This document shows, in pieces, positions 38,664-48,099 of a stretch of DNA of 64,000 nucleotides. The DNA is from Barthelona sp. PCE (taxonomy: Eukaryota), in NCBI GenBank assembly GCA_040285745.1, contig JAUFOR010000008.1, positions 1,736,001 through 1,800,000 of the forward strand. Direction: 5' to 3'. Positions within the stretch are counted from its first letter, which is position 1. Each line of letters opens with the position of its first letter. The notes under the pieces are model-generated. The model was not told the DNA's origin. It saw nothing but the letters and a program-made list of their open reading frames with translations, and searched no databases. Position numbers and translations under genes: made by a program.

Positions 38664-40922
38664 ATGAGCAATTGGGAGCTTAACAAGGAAAATATCCGAC
38701 CTGCAAGGTCGGGAATTGATCTTTCACTCCTAAATAGCGATAAGGATAAGATTGCTGATTTGCAGAGAGTTTTTGCTGAACAAATCGAGCAGGAAGAGGA
38801 GGATGCCGCACTAAAAACCGCAGTCAGTATTGTCAAACAGTATCAAGCACTTGGAGACGTGAACGAACTGTACAATAGCATCAAACAACTCATTGCTACA
38901 ATGTTCGATTGCCAGACCCTGTTTAACAACCCAACGTTCGTGCGCCTGTGGATGACTTACGCCGATTTATGCGATGATAGCAGACCTGTTTTCCGACATA
39001 TGTATGATAGACGCATTGGAGAGTTTGTACCTGACTTTTACATGGCTTGGAGCATGATATACGAGCAATTAGGTGAGATAGAGCAAGCCCATGAAGCTTT
39101 ACAACTTGGTTTAAAAACAACAAAGAGTAGGAAACTTTCAACATATTTTGAGGGATTTTTAGAGCGTTTTCCAACACTTTCTAATGAAAATACACTATCC
39201 TTAGCATCTCTATCGTTCCAGGAGGGAAAAATGCGCGCTTTACAACAGCTTGATCGAATCAAAAATGCGCCAGACAAGCCTATTAACGTATACACGGATA
39301 GGAGAGAAGAACTACCACAGCGACTATCGGACGCAACACTGGGACAACTTAGCACCGTGCCTGTTCCCCAAGAACGCCAACAGGAGAACATACAACCGTT
39401 TGCGGAAACTTTTGTATTACCTCAAAAAAAGGTTGAGAGACAACGCAACGATTTTGCCATATTCGTTGATGATAGTTTCAAGACAAGAAAGAAGAAAGAG
39501 GCCGCCCCGAGACGCAAGAAGACCAAAAAAGAAAAATGGGTTGTTGTTTACGATGATGTTTTCGATCAGGAACCTGAATTATCATTTGAAGAGCGCCGTG
39601 CTGAGCTACCCAGGTATAGACCTCTGCCGAAACGTACACATACGCACTCAACGGTGAAGGCGAACGTGAAGAAGAACTTATCGTTTATAACGCCTGCCAA
39701 ATTAATACAAACACCAGCTATGCGACCATCCCGTAAAATGGCGCCCCAAACACCATTGAACAACGACGGAATGACAATGATAGGAGCACAGGTGGCCCAG
39801 GATGTGCTTGATATGTACGGTCAAGACATAGAAACAGGGTACTCACCAGCTATCAAGAGAAGGAGACGTGACCCCGAGCTGGGTATGATCCGCAACTCGG
39901 TAATTGCCACTTATGACGAAGACGATGTGCACACAGGAATGACTACGTTGTTGAGTGAAGATAATTCGATCACATCTAAATTGCAGAACAACACATTCTT
40001 GAGTGACTTCACCCCAAACCCAAAGACTGAGCTCATATCGAAGGAGGATGTTTTTGAGATCAGAGAGGATACGGTCTTTGTTGATGCTACCCAGTTTGCA
40101 TCTGTACAACCTTCTGGTGTTTCATTGCAACAGATGGCACTTCCAGAGTACAAATTCGTAGATTTACTTCACAAAAGGGTCAAAACTAAGGAACAGCGTG
40201 AACTCGATAGCATGGAAGCTCTAACGATACTGCAATCTGAGAGCTACATAACATTCCAACTGCCATTCATTGAGAATGCAAATTACATTCTTGACGGTAT
40301 GAATTATGTATTTGAAGGGTGCAAGGCACGTGTTTTCAACGACAACAGCACTGAAGAATATGTGTGTCGAGTTTTCCACAGTCAAGATGGTGAAATGGAC
40401 GCTTGCATGCATTTTGAGGCGTATAACAAAGGGTTTGAAGAAATCTTACTTCAGCCAATAGTTGTTGCACATTTCCCTGCAAGTAACATTTTTATTCTTC
40501 TATTTAGCGTCGCACCGACCGCAATTGTACGAATGGTGTACCCCATTGAAGAGGATCTCCAAATACTACAAATCATTCTCTTCCTTCTGAGGTGTTACCA
40601 AGCCTGCAAAGAATCAAACATTTTTATACCGTCTCTCTCGGTTGACACGCTCGCTTTCACCAACCAGGCCATTGTTTTAGCGTCGGTTGCTGGTGCTGCA
40701 AAGGTAGAGTGGGATGATAGCCATAGTATGGACATGTGCTCACTAATGCTCGACATCCTGTCTTGTTTCATGGATGGAACTGCTGGTAGATTCCACATAA
40801 TTCCAAAAAGACTTTCTCAATACAGTGAGTTTATACTAAGCTTCGAAGACGTTGTGAGTTTTGCCAGTGAAGATGATATAATTTCGTATTACAACCAAGG
40901 ACTTGAACTCCTTGGACAATGA
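38664..40922 (+). CDS. MadBub (Bub1/BubR1/Mad3) spindle-checkpoint protein with degenerate kinase domain
   Basis: KEN box WELNKENIRP.RSG, TPR domain (FVRLWMTYAD, IG....DFYMAW), ABBA-like FAIFVD and GLEBS-like ELSFEERRA. Confidence 0.9.
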   Translation: MSNWELNKENIRPARSGIDLSLLNSDKDKIADLQRVFAEQIEQEEEDAALKTAVSIVKQYQALGDVNELYNSIKQLIATMFDCQTLFNNPTFVRLWMTYADLCDDSRPVFRHMYDRRIGEFVPDFYMAWSMIYEQLGEIEQAHEALQLGLKTTKSRKLSTYFEGFLERFPTLSNENTLSLASLSFQEGKMRALQQLDRIKNAPDKPINVYTDRREELPQRLSDATLGQLSTVPVPQERQQENIQPFAETFVLPQKKVERQRNDFAIFVDDSFKTRKKKEAAPRRKKTKKEKWVVVYDDVFDQEPELSFEERRAELPRYRPLPKRTHTHSTVKANVKKNLSFITPAKLIQTPAMRPSRKMAPQTPLNNDGMTMIGAQVAQDVLDMYGQDIETGYSPAIKRRRRDPELGMIRNSVIATYDEDDVHTGMTTLLSEDNSITSKLQNNTFLSDFTPNPKTELISKEDVFEIREDTVFVDATQFASVQPSGVSLQQMALPEYKFVDLLHKRVKTKEQRELDSMEALTILQSESYITFQLPFIENANYILDGMNYVFEGCKARVFNDNSTEEYVCRVFHSQDGEMDACMHFEAYNKGFEEILLQPIVVAHFPASNIFILLFSVAPTAIVRMVYPIEEDLQILQIILFLLRCYQACKESNIFIPSLSVDTLAFTNQAIVLASVAGAAKVEWDDSHSMDMCSLMLDILSCFMDGTAGRFHIIPKRLSQYSEFILSFEDVVSFASEDDIISYYNQGLELLGQ

Positions 40923-41044
40923 TCGTCAGAATCTTGCCAGCTATCCTCAAACAGTAAAAGAGTTAAACAAAACTGAAAGTTTCGCTTTCACAATTTTACA
41001 GCTTTCCAGACTTTTTTAGTCTTATAAATTGATAATCTTGCATC

Positions 41045-42916
41045 ATGGAGGTAGTTACTGGTCAGTTGATCCGAAGAAGCAGAACTACTGGTGTTGTACG
41101 ACGAAAAATTGCACTGAGGAAATTTCCTGTGACATTGGGAAGACGTGAGCTGCCATGCAAAGATAAAAAGAGCATATCTCGTAAGCACATTTCTATAGAT
41201 CGTATTGGAAATAGTGCATTCACAATTACATCACTGGGAAAAAATCCTCCCATTGTTAACGGACATGTTCTGTTAAAGAATGAGACAACCAGTCTTTACG
41301 ACGGGCATACCATCCAATTAATTGAAGGAGATTTCACATATGTTTTTGAGGAAGTGATACCATCATCACCACGCAATCCAGTTGGTGTTTCTGTTCATGA
41401 ACAGCTCATACAGAGCAACTCTGAGTACGTAAAGACCCATTTTGACTTTGATATAAATGATTATAATATGAAGCCGAAGCACAGACGTCAAAGAATTAAG
41501 CAAGAACCAATACCTGAGGTTGAAAAAATTATGTTGAGAGATGGTGATGAGCTGGATGTTGATGCAGACTTTCTGGTATCGGGACCCAGGCGTAAGAAAA
41601 AGCTCGAGAGTGTGTATGATAATCTTGAATACATGTTTAGTGAAGAGGAGGCTGAGGATATTGAGAGTGATGACGATTACAGACCGGAAGATAACGATAT
41701 TGAGCCCATAAAGTCACCCGAAGTGGAGTGCCCAACACTCATTATTGAGCCAATGGCTGGTGATGAAAACGGTCAGTATCTCGGTCACGTTTTACAAAGT
41801 TGCTTTGATTTTCAGCTTATACATGACTTCAGGATAGAGGTTGTTTGTGAGGATAGCGTTTCAGTTCCCAGCTTTCTCAACATGGTCACAGTAACACGCA
41901 ACAGTATTGTGGACCGACTGCGCTCATCAGTAGAGATGTGCATATTCGCCATCGGTACTTCACGTTTCTCAGACTGCAACGTCAGTTTTGACCCGTCTAT
42001 TGTCAAAGATCCAACGTTTGTGAATGAAAATAACATATCATACGTTCTCTATCTTGATGCAGAAGTAGAAGAGGTGCAGATAAAAAAAATTTACTACAGA
42101 ACCATCGATCAATTCCTTAATGCACAGGGTTGTAAGTTGGTGTTCAACGACACACATGAGGTTACCGACGTCGTCAAAATGACTGATGTTGAGAAGGTGC
42201 AACGCGAAAGACAATTGTCTCTGAAGTCAATGCGTGTTTTGCAGGAAGCTGCTTTTGATTTCGAGGAAAGTGACGAAGAGGAAGATGTTATGGAGCATGT
42301 TGAAGAGAAGCGTGTGGCAAGCACAACCCCCATTGATGCATGCTCGAATATTGCGCTGCGCCTTCTCCATTCGGACAACAAAGAGTATACAGAGCTTATA
42401 CGGTACAAGACGCCATTGTTTCTTGTTTTTGATCTCCCATCAGCGGAGAAGTACCCTGAGTGGGCCGGCACTCGATTTGTCAAGGTAAGTGACTTCCATG
42501 TCGGTTTTTTATTCAGAAAGCCGATTAAACTGGCTGAATTCGACGAATCCATATTCAACATTTTCATGAGCGAGTGTCTTCCCATCCAAGAGGAGCTTTT
42601 TGCGAACCTTGGACGGTTGAAGGTAGGTATTCGCTTCGACCTTGAGGAATTACCTGTTATTGAAGCTCTCACAGTTGATTTTAAGCACTTACAGGGCGAA
42701 GGATCGTCTCTGGTGTACAAGAGCTACACTTGTGGTTCTTTTATAGAGACCACATATTTACATCGCGAATTTTCGGTGTACGAGAACTTGGAGAGAATTT
42801 TAACTCGTGCCGATTACTACAGACGTCTTGCCAAGGAGGCTCCTCTCATATGTTGCGTTTGTGGTATGAAGTGTGACAGTGTTTCTCATGTGAGTCAGTG
42901 CACTGGGGTTGTGTAA
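41045..42916 (+). CDS. FHA-domain protein with C-terminal Cys/His cluster
   Basis: FHA motifs LGR, SISRKH, SLGKNP..VNG and L.DG..I; C-terminal CCVC...H...C. Confidence 0.8.
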   Translation: MEVVTGQLIRRSRTTGVVRRKIALRKFPVTLGRRELPCKDKKSISRKHISIDRIGNSAFTITSLGKNPPIVNGHVLLKNETTSLYDGHTIQLIEGDFTYVFEEVIPSSPRNPVGVSVHEQLIQSNSEYVKTHFDFDINDYNMKPKHRRQRIKQEPIPEVEKIMLRDGDELDVDADFLVSGPRRKKKLESVYDNLEYMFSEEEAEDIESDDDYRPEDNDIEPIKSPEVECPTLIIEPMAGDENGQYLGHVLQSCFDFQLIHDFRIEVVCEDSVSVPSFLNMVTVTRNSIVDRLRSSVEMCIFAIGTSRFSDCNVSFDPSIVKDPTFVNENNISYVLYLDAEVEEVQIKKIYYRTIDQFLNAQGCKLVFNDTHEVTDVVKMTDVEKVQRERQLSLKSMRVLQEAAFDFEESDEEEDVMEHVEEKRVASTTPIDACSNIALRLLHSDNKEYTELIRYKTPLFLVFDLPSAEKYPEWAGTRFVKVSDFHVGFLFRKPIKLAEFDESIFNIFMSECLPIQEELFANLGRLKVGIRFDLEELPVIEALTVDFKHLQGEGSSLVYKSYTCGSFIETTYLHREFSVYENLERILTRADYYRRLAKEAPLICCVCGMKCDSVSHVSQCTGVV

Positions 42917-42969
42917 CTATAAATAAACTTGTGCTTGGTAGGAAAACATTTATTAATTATAAAAGGTTA

Positions 42970-45900
42970 TTATTCGGCACGATACTGACCAATAATGTGC
43001 TTATGGTTATAAACATCTCGCTCTCTACGGCTGTGATAGCCGCAAAGGAAGCACCAATGTATTGAACAACAAGGACACTGCACATGAAGACAACCCTCAT
43101 ACTTCTCAGTAACCTGCGAACATACAGGACATGTACGAAGCTGTCCAACACCCATTGCATCCTCATCAATTTCAGCCAACATATCCTTCTCAACAATGTG
43201 GAAACCGCCGCTAAAGGCAATTGAATGAGAGCAGTCTCGCATGTGATGGAAATGACCACCGCATATTGCACACAAACGCGTGTGGCAGTCTTGACAACCA
43301 CAGAACTCGCGAGGGTGAAATATATCCGGTGCCTTGCTCGAACGGACCATAAATCTGCCGCAGTCCGGTGACGGGCAGCAGAACGCAGGGGAGTGCAATG
43401 AAAGGAACTGCTCAGCTGAAGCAATGCACAATTCACGGAAGAAAGGTGCTTCCATAAAAAAGGTAGCAGGGACAATTTGATGACATATATGACACTTGAG
43501 ATCAAGCGCAAAGCGAGACATCTGTTTAAACTGATGCAACAAATTGACCATCTGAGAGTTCACGCACTTAATGCACATGTCATGACCACACGGAGCAATC
43601 ACCTTCCTCCCAGCACCATTGCACAAACGCAAACATCCAATCGGAACCGGTACATCGTCATCATCCTGCTCTGGGGCAACATTGGTGGCAACAACAACCT
43701 CACGCGGTAATGTCTTGGGTAACCCAATCAGCTCAAATCGTATTGTCTGGATATCAACAATAGCTGGGTCACAAAAAACATATGCGCGTTTCTCAAAAAC
43801 CATGGGGATGGCAACCCCATTCTTCACAGCCATTGAAAGCTGGGTAAGATACATGATGAATCTCAAGAACCGCTGTGGAAGGTTCAACTCAAATACGAGG
43901 TTTTCATCATCAGAATATTTAATTCTCCAGAGTAAAAAGTATACGTAGAACGGTACCTCGACCGGATGCAGCGGTCCCCTGTCTTCAAGCGCGTTGATTA
44001 GTGCCTTCTTAACAATGGGATAGAGCTTGTGGCTGGACGCAAACACCGATACGTGTGGTGGAGCCTTGAAAGCAGATGCAGTGTGGGAAATCGAAAGATG
44101 GAATGCAGGCGTCAGATCAACACCAACAAAAGCCAGACTGTTTCCACTGTTAAGCTCCTCGAACTCACGACGACGCTCGTTGTATTGCGCAACCATCGTT
44201 TCAACCTCAGCGGCTACAGTAGAGTCAATCTCTTCCTTAGAAAGAAGATATCTGCTCAACAGGTCTGGGTGCAGAGGGATGCGTTCTCCGCCGAAAAATC
44301 GATCAAGATACATCATTGAGTAGTCCAAGTATTTGGGCGCAAGAGCATCCACATATATGGTCACTTTCTTACCCTTCGACTTGGAAATATGCGCATGCAC
44401 GGTACCAAGATATAAATTCTCAATAAGCGGAACCAGCGTGTCCTGAACCATTCTGATACTTCCTCTGTCAACACGGATGCTTGAACTCACAATAGCGTAC
44501 GCCTTTGCGATTCCAGGCAGCAACTGATTAATGACACCAGATACTCTTGACCAAGTTGATGAGCGCACCTCGATATCGTTCGAGCGAGGTATAATACGTA
44601 CGTACGTGAAGCAACCCTTCATGTACTTCTGGAAGCGAAGCTGGGAGCAATCGATGCGCTGGCTCTTGAGTTTGGCGCGCAACACCTTCACAGGGTCAAC
44701 AATAATCTCCTCATCTTTCCACTGCTCGCGCTCAGCTCTTGAGGCGGAGACTGAGAAATGTGGGAGGTTAGTGAGAGTTTTCCCCATTACGAAGTCACAG
44801 TGATCGAGGATCTTAAACGCGCAGTCTGATGGAGACGATGCGCCACCCTTAAGAACAATGAACGGGCGATCACTATCTGTATGGAAGTGAGAGCCACGGA
44901 AAACACTGTATAAAAACGATGTTATGCGATCAAAAGTTAGCACCATAGTTTGATACGGACATATCTCTACCTGAACACCACGCACACTGAAATTTGATGT
45001 GGAGTGGATGTTTAGCATTTCACTCAAAGACAAGGTCTGCTTTTTAATCTCTGGCAACTCAAATACCCTGCCAAAAAACTTACCTTGCTTGAATTTGATG
45101 CTGATGGGGAGCGTGCTTCCTGCGATTGCTGACAAATCGTGAGCTGAACGGATAGGAAGCTCTCTAGATGCCAAGACCGTCTGCGGTGTAAGTGGCAAGT
45201 CAAGTTTATCAAAATCAACGTGAACAGTTCTGAAATCTGCATCTATATAAGACGTTTGACGTGGTCTTGGACAGTCACGAACAGCAACTATTTGCTCAAA
45301 CCTTTTAGACGCAGTCACGGCATCTTTTAAAATTTTCTTAACTCCAGAAACCATACCGTATTTCTCACAAAAAACAAAAATTGAATGTGAAGGAACAGGT
45401 GTGGTAAAGGGGACCTTGGCTGTTTTGAATGGCCAAAGAACCTTCATAGTCTTGCCCTCCAACGATCTCAACAAACAACAAAATGCATGAGAAAGATGTA
45501 GGTCATCGGTTAGTGTTGACATGCGGAACAAAAGAGGTGTCTTCTTCTTGAGAATGTCATTGCTGCTGCGGCATAACTCGAGCGCACCAACTGTTGCGCC
45601 AGCATTGACGTCGTTACCAAAATTGACGCAGTTGACAAACTGTATGATGCGAGGGAATAAGTTCTGTGCCTCTTCTTCGTCGGTTACGCTAATTGTATCC
45701 ATAGGATGAGAGCCGAGCTGCTGCGATCTGTACTGGTCTTCGGATCCAGGAAGCTTATACTTGAGAATAATGTCGTACTCAGACGGTTTCAACGGATCGC
45801 AGTCCATGACGACGTCTGCAATGACTGCATGACGCAGGTCCGCGTAAAAGCGAGCTGCTACTGTTGCGGCAATTTCGTTAGGAATCATACCCTCGAAATT

Positions 45901-47847
45901 ACAACTCATCTCTATTTTTAGACGTGTGAATGCCCTAGTTGCCTGATCGAACGCCTCACGTGCAACAAGAAGCATCTTTCGGTTGACATAGTTCGCAGAG
46001 CACCAAGCAGACTCATAACCCACGCGACTCGCCTCGATAACGACGTTTGCGAGTGTGATGATGTCACCATGCATGCTGCGGAACATTCCGTGAGCCGCAA
46101 CTGCACGACGTTGCATATCACCAGTCAAATTCTTTGCAAAGTAGAAGAGAGATGATCCGGCTGTCAAAACTGCAATAATAGCAGCAGTAACATAAGCAAA
46201 CTCACCGCCAAGCATCGCAATACCCAACAGCTTCACACCCAACGCAGGTGTCACAGGAATCTCCGCGAGCATACGACCCAATTCGGTCAGACGACCATTC
46301 TCACACAATGCGCCGATCTCAGACAGTGTCTGGAGCGCAATTTCACATCTCTTCACATCGGGGGGTGATGGGAGTTCCATGTCTTCGAGGTTGAACCCGT
46401 ACTTCCGAGTAACCAATATCAAGTGGGAAAGATCTACTCTCTGAATCTCTGGAAGAAACGAACCGGCATCACTCGTTTCGAGTGCAGCCTTTACGTAATA
46501 CCCCTTGCGTGTACGCCCAGCTCTGCCCTTTCTCTGAAGGTTAGAGTCGAGTGGGGCGTGACACAAGCGTAGAGTAAAAACACCAGTTGCAACGTTAAAG
46601 TATGGCAGTTTGACAAGTGAGGAATCGACGACAACAGACACGCCTGGGATGGTGACGGACGTCTCCGCAACATTCGTTGAGAAAATCACCTTACGTGCAC
46701 CCTTGGAGATCTTCAACATGACACGATCCTGCAGAAACAGTGGGAGCCTACCGTATAGCGCACATGCGACAATGACTTCTTGCTTCTTAGCAGTCATGTT
46801 ACGTACTGCGTCAAGGTACTCAACATGCGACGAGTAATCGAATGGATTGACAACGCCAATGGAGGACATGCCTCCAAGCTCACGTATGAGGATCTTTGCT
46901 CCTGTGTCACATGCCCTCTGAGAGGGTAGAAACACGAGCACGTGACCATCATCCTTGAAATCACGGTTGCTGATAAACATCTGGTTGACGAGATCAGCGC
47001 AGTATTCCGCTGGTCTCATGAAGCAATCATGCGTGCTCTCAGCGGGCTGCATGTCAGTGATTGGATGTAATCTCTGCGTAAACGCCATTGCAGTACAGTT
47101 TGGAAAGAATCGTTCAATTGGCGCCATATTACAGGCACTACTGATGATTATTCGCTTTCTTTTGTTCTCATACAGGCGGCGCTTGGCCATTGACAGTAAA
47201 ACATCAGTCCAAATATTGCGCTCATGCACCTCATCTATCATCATTATATCGATCCATTTACCGACGCGTCTGAACGCGACATTCTCCGTGGTGATTAAAA
47301 TAAACACACGGCGATCATTGCACTTTCTGATACGCTTAATAATAGAACCAATTGAATAGCTGGCGACAAGTTCGACAGTTACAAATTCAGGTAGCATTGT
47401 TCTCAGTCGTTGAGCAATTGCTCTTGCTGCAAACTTACGCGGCTGGGACATGAGAAATGTGAGCGGTTTGTCACAATTAACAAATGAGAGTGTCCTTTCG
47501 TAATAACTACGAGCAACAAAACTTGGAATTAATGTTGACTTTCCCGATCCGGTCGGTGAAGAGAATACAGACACCTTTGAATCACATATTGTGGATACAA
47601 TTTCAGAATATTTGTCGAATAAAAGCCCACAGGAACTGTCAAATTGGAAATTTTCCCTTGAACGTTTTTTTAAAGAACGTGAATGCCTCGGTGGCTCTTT
47701 TGCGGTAGTTTTGGGTGCTTCAGTAATAGGTTCTTCACTTTTTGCACACTCTTGTAATGGTTGGTCGTCAATTTCAGGTCGTTCCTTTGGAACAAACTCT
47801 GAAGGTCTAAAGGGAACAGAATCAGCGATTCTGTCACTGTATTTCAT
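42970..47847 (-). CDS. DEAH-box RNA helicase fused to C-terminal RING-IBR-RING (RBR) E3 ligase
   Basis: Helicase motifs PTGSGKST, SQPRK.AA, DEVHER, STNVAETSVTIPGV, QRKGRAGR and an HA2 region; C-terminal CGHDMC..C, CPSPDC...C..C and CPVC...GCLHVQC.CC..HWCFLC. Confidence 0.92.
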   Translation of the reverse strand: MKYSDRIADSVPFRPSEFVPKERPEIDDQPLQECAKSEEPITEAPKTTAKEPPRHSRSLKKRSRENFQFDSSCGLLFDKYSEIVSTICDSKVSVFSSPTGSGKSTLIPSFVARSYYERTLSFVNCDKPLTFLMSQPRKFAARAIAQRLRTMLPEFVTVELVASYSIGSIIKRIRKCNDRRVFILITTENVAFRRVGKWIDIMMIDEVHERNIWTDVLLSMAKRRLYENKRKRIIISSACNMAPIERFFPNCTAMAFTQRLHPITDMQPAESTHDCFMRPAEYCADLVNQMFISNRDFKDDGHVLVFLPSQRACDTGAKILIRELGGMSSIGVVNPFDYSSHVEYLDAVRNMTAKKQEVIVACALYGRLPLFLQDRVMLKISKGARKVIFSTNVAETSVTIPGVSVVVDSSLVKLPYFNVATGVFTLRLCHAPLDSNLQRKGRAGRTRKGYYVKAALETSDAGSFLPEIQRVDLSHLILVTRKYGFNLEDMELPSPPDVKRCEIALQTLSEIGALCENGRLTELGRMLAEIPVTPALGVKLLGIAMLGGEFAYVTAAIIAVLTAGSSLFYFAKNLTGDMQRRAVAAHGMFRSMHGDIITLANVVIEASRVGYESAWCSANYVNRKMLLVAREAFDQATRAFTRLKIEMSCNFEGMIPNEIAATVAARFYADLRHAVIADVVMDCDPLKPSEYDIILKYKLPGSEDQYRSQQLGSHPMDTISVTDEEEAQNLFPRIIQFVNCVNFGNDVNAGATVGALELCRSSNDILKKKTPLLFRMSTLTDDLHLSHAFCCLLRSLEGKTMKVLWPFKTAKVPFTTPVPSHSIFVFCEKYGMVSGVKKILKDAVTASKRFEQIVAVRDCPRPRQTSYIDADFRTVHVDFDKLDLPLTPQTVLASRELPIRSAHDLSAIAGSTLPISIKFKQGKFFGRVFELPEIKKQTLSLSEMLNIHSTSNFSVRGVQVEICPYQTMVLTFDRITSFLYSVFRGSHFHTDSDRPFIVLKGGASSPSDCAFKILDHCDFVMGKTLTNLPHFSVSASRAEREQWKDEEIIVDPVKVLRAKLKSQRIDCSQLRFQKYMKGCFTYVRIIPRSNDIEVRSSTWSRVSGVINQLLPGIAKAYAIVSSSIRVDRGSIRMVQDTLVPLIENLYLGTVHAHISKSKGKKVTIYVDALAPKYLDYSMMYLDRFFGGERIPLHPDLLSRYLLSKEEIDSTVAAEVETMVAQYNERRREFEELNSGNSLAFVGVDLTPAFHLSISHTASAFKAPPHVSVFASSHKLYPIVKKALINALEDRGPLHPVEVPFYVYFLLWRIKYSDDENLVFELNLPQRFLRFIMYLTQLSMAVKNGVAIPMVFEKRAYVFCDPAIVDIQTIRFELIGLPKTLPREVVVATNVAPEQDDDDVPVPIGCLRLCNGAGRKVIAPCGHDMCIKCVNSQMVNLLHQFKQMSRFALDLKCHICHQIVPATFFMEAPFFRELCIASAEQFLSLHSPAFCCPSPDCGRFMVRSSKAPDIFHPREFCGCQDCHTRLCAICGGHFHHMRDCSHSIAFSGGFHIVEKDMLAEIDEDAMGVGQLRTCPVCSQVTEKYEGCLHVQCPCCSIHWCFLCGYHSRRERDVYNHKHIIGQYRAE

Positions 47848-48099
47848 CCAAACACAAGTGAAAAGGGAGTGAAATAAAAATGAGCTCTAACTCAGTCCAG
47901 TTTCTACTTGTTGCTATCCTTTTCAGTAATGGAGTTTTATGTGGATTAACATCTATCCACAACAAGAATATGAGCAATAACATGGTTGTAACTATTCATC
48001 CTTGTTAATCATTAATTGACCTCATTACGATATACCGCTTGAAAGTATACGCCACAATTTTCCATTAAATAACTGAAAGTCCCTGAGAATATATTAATT

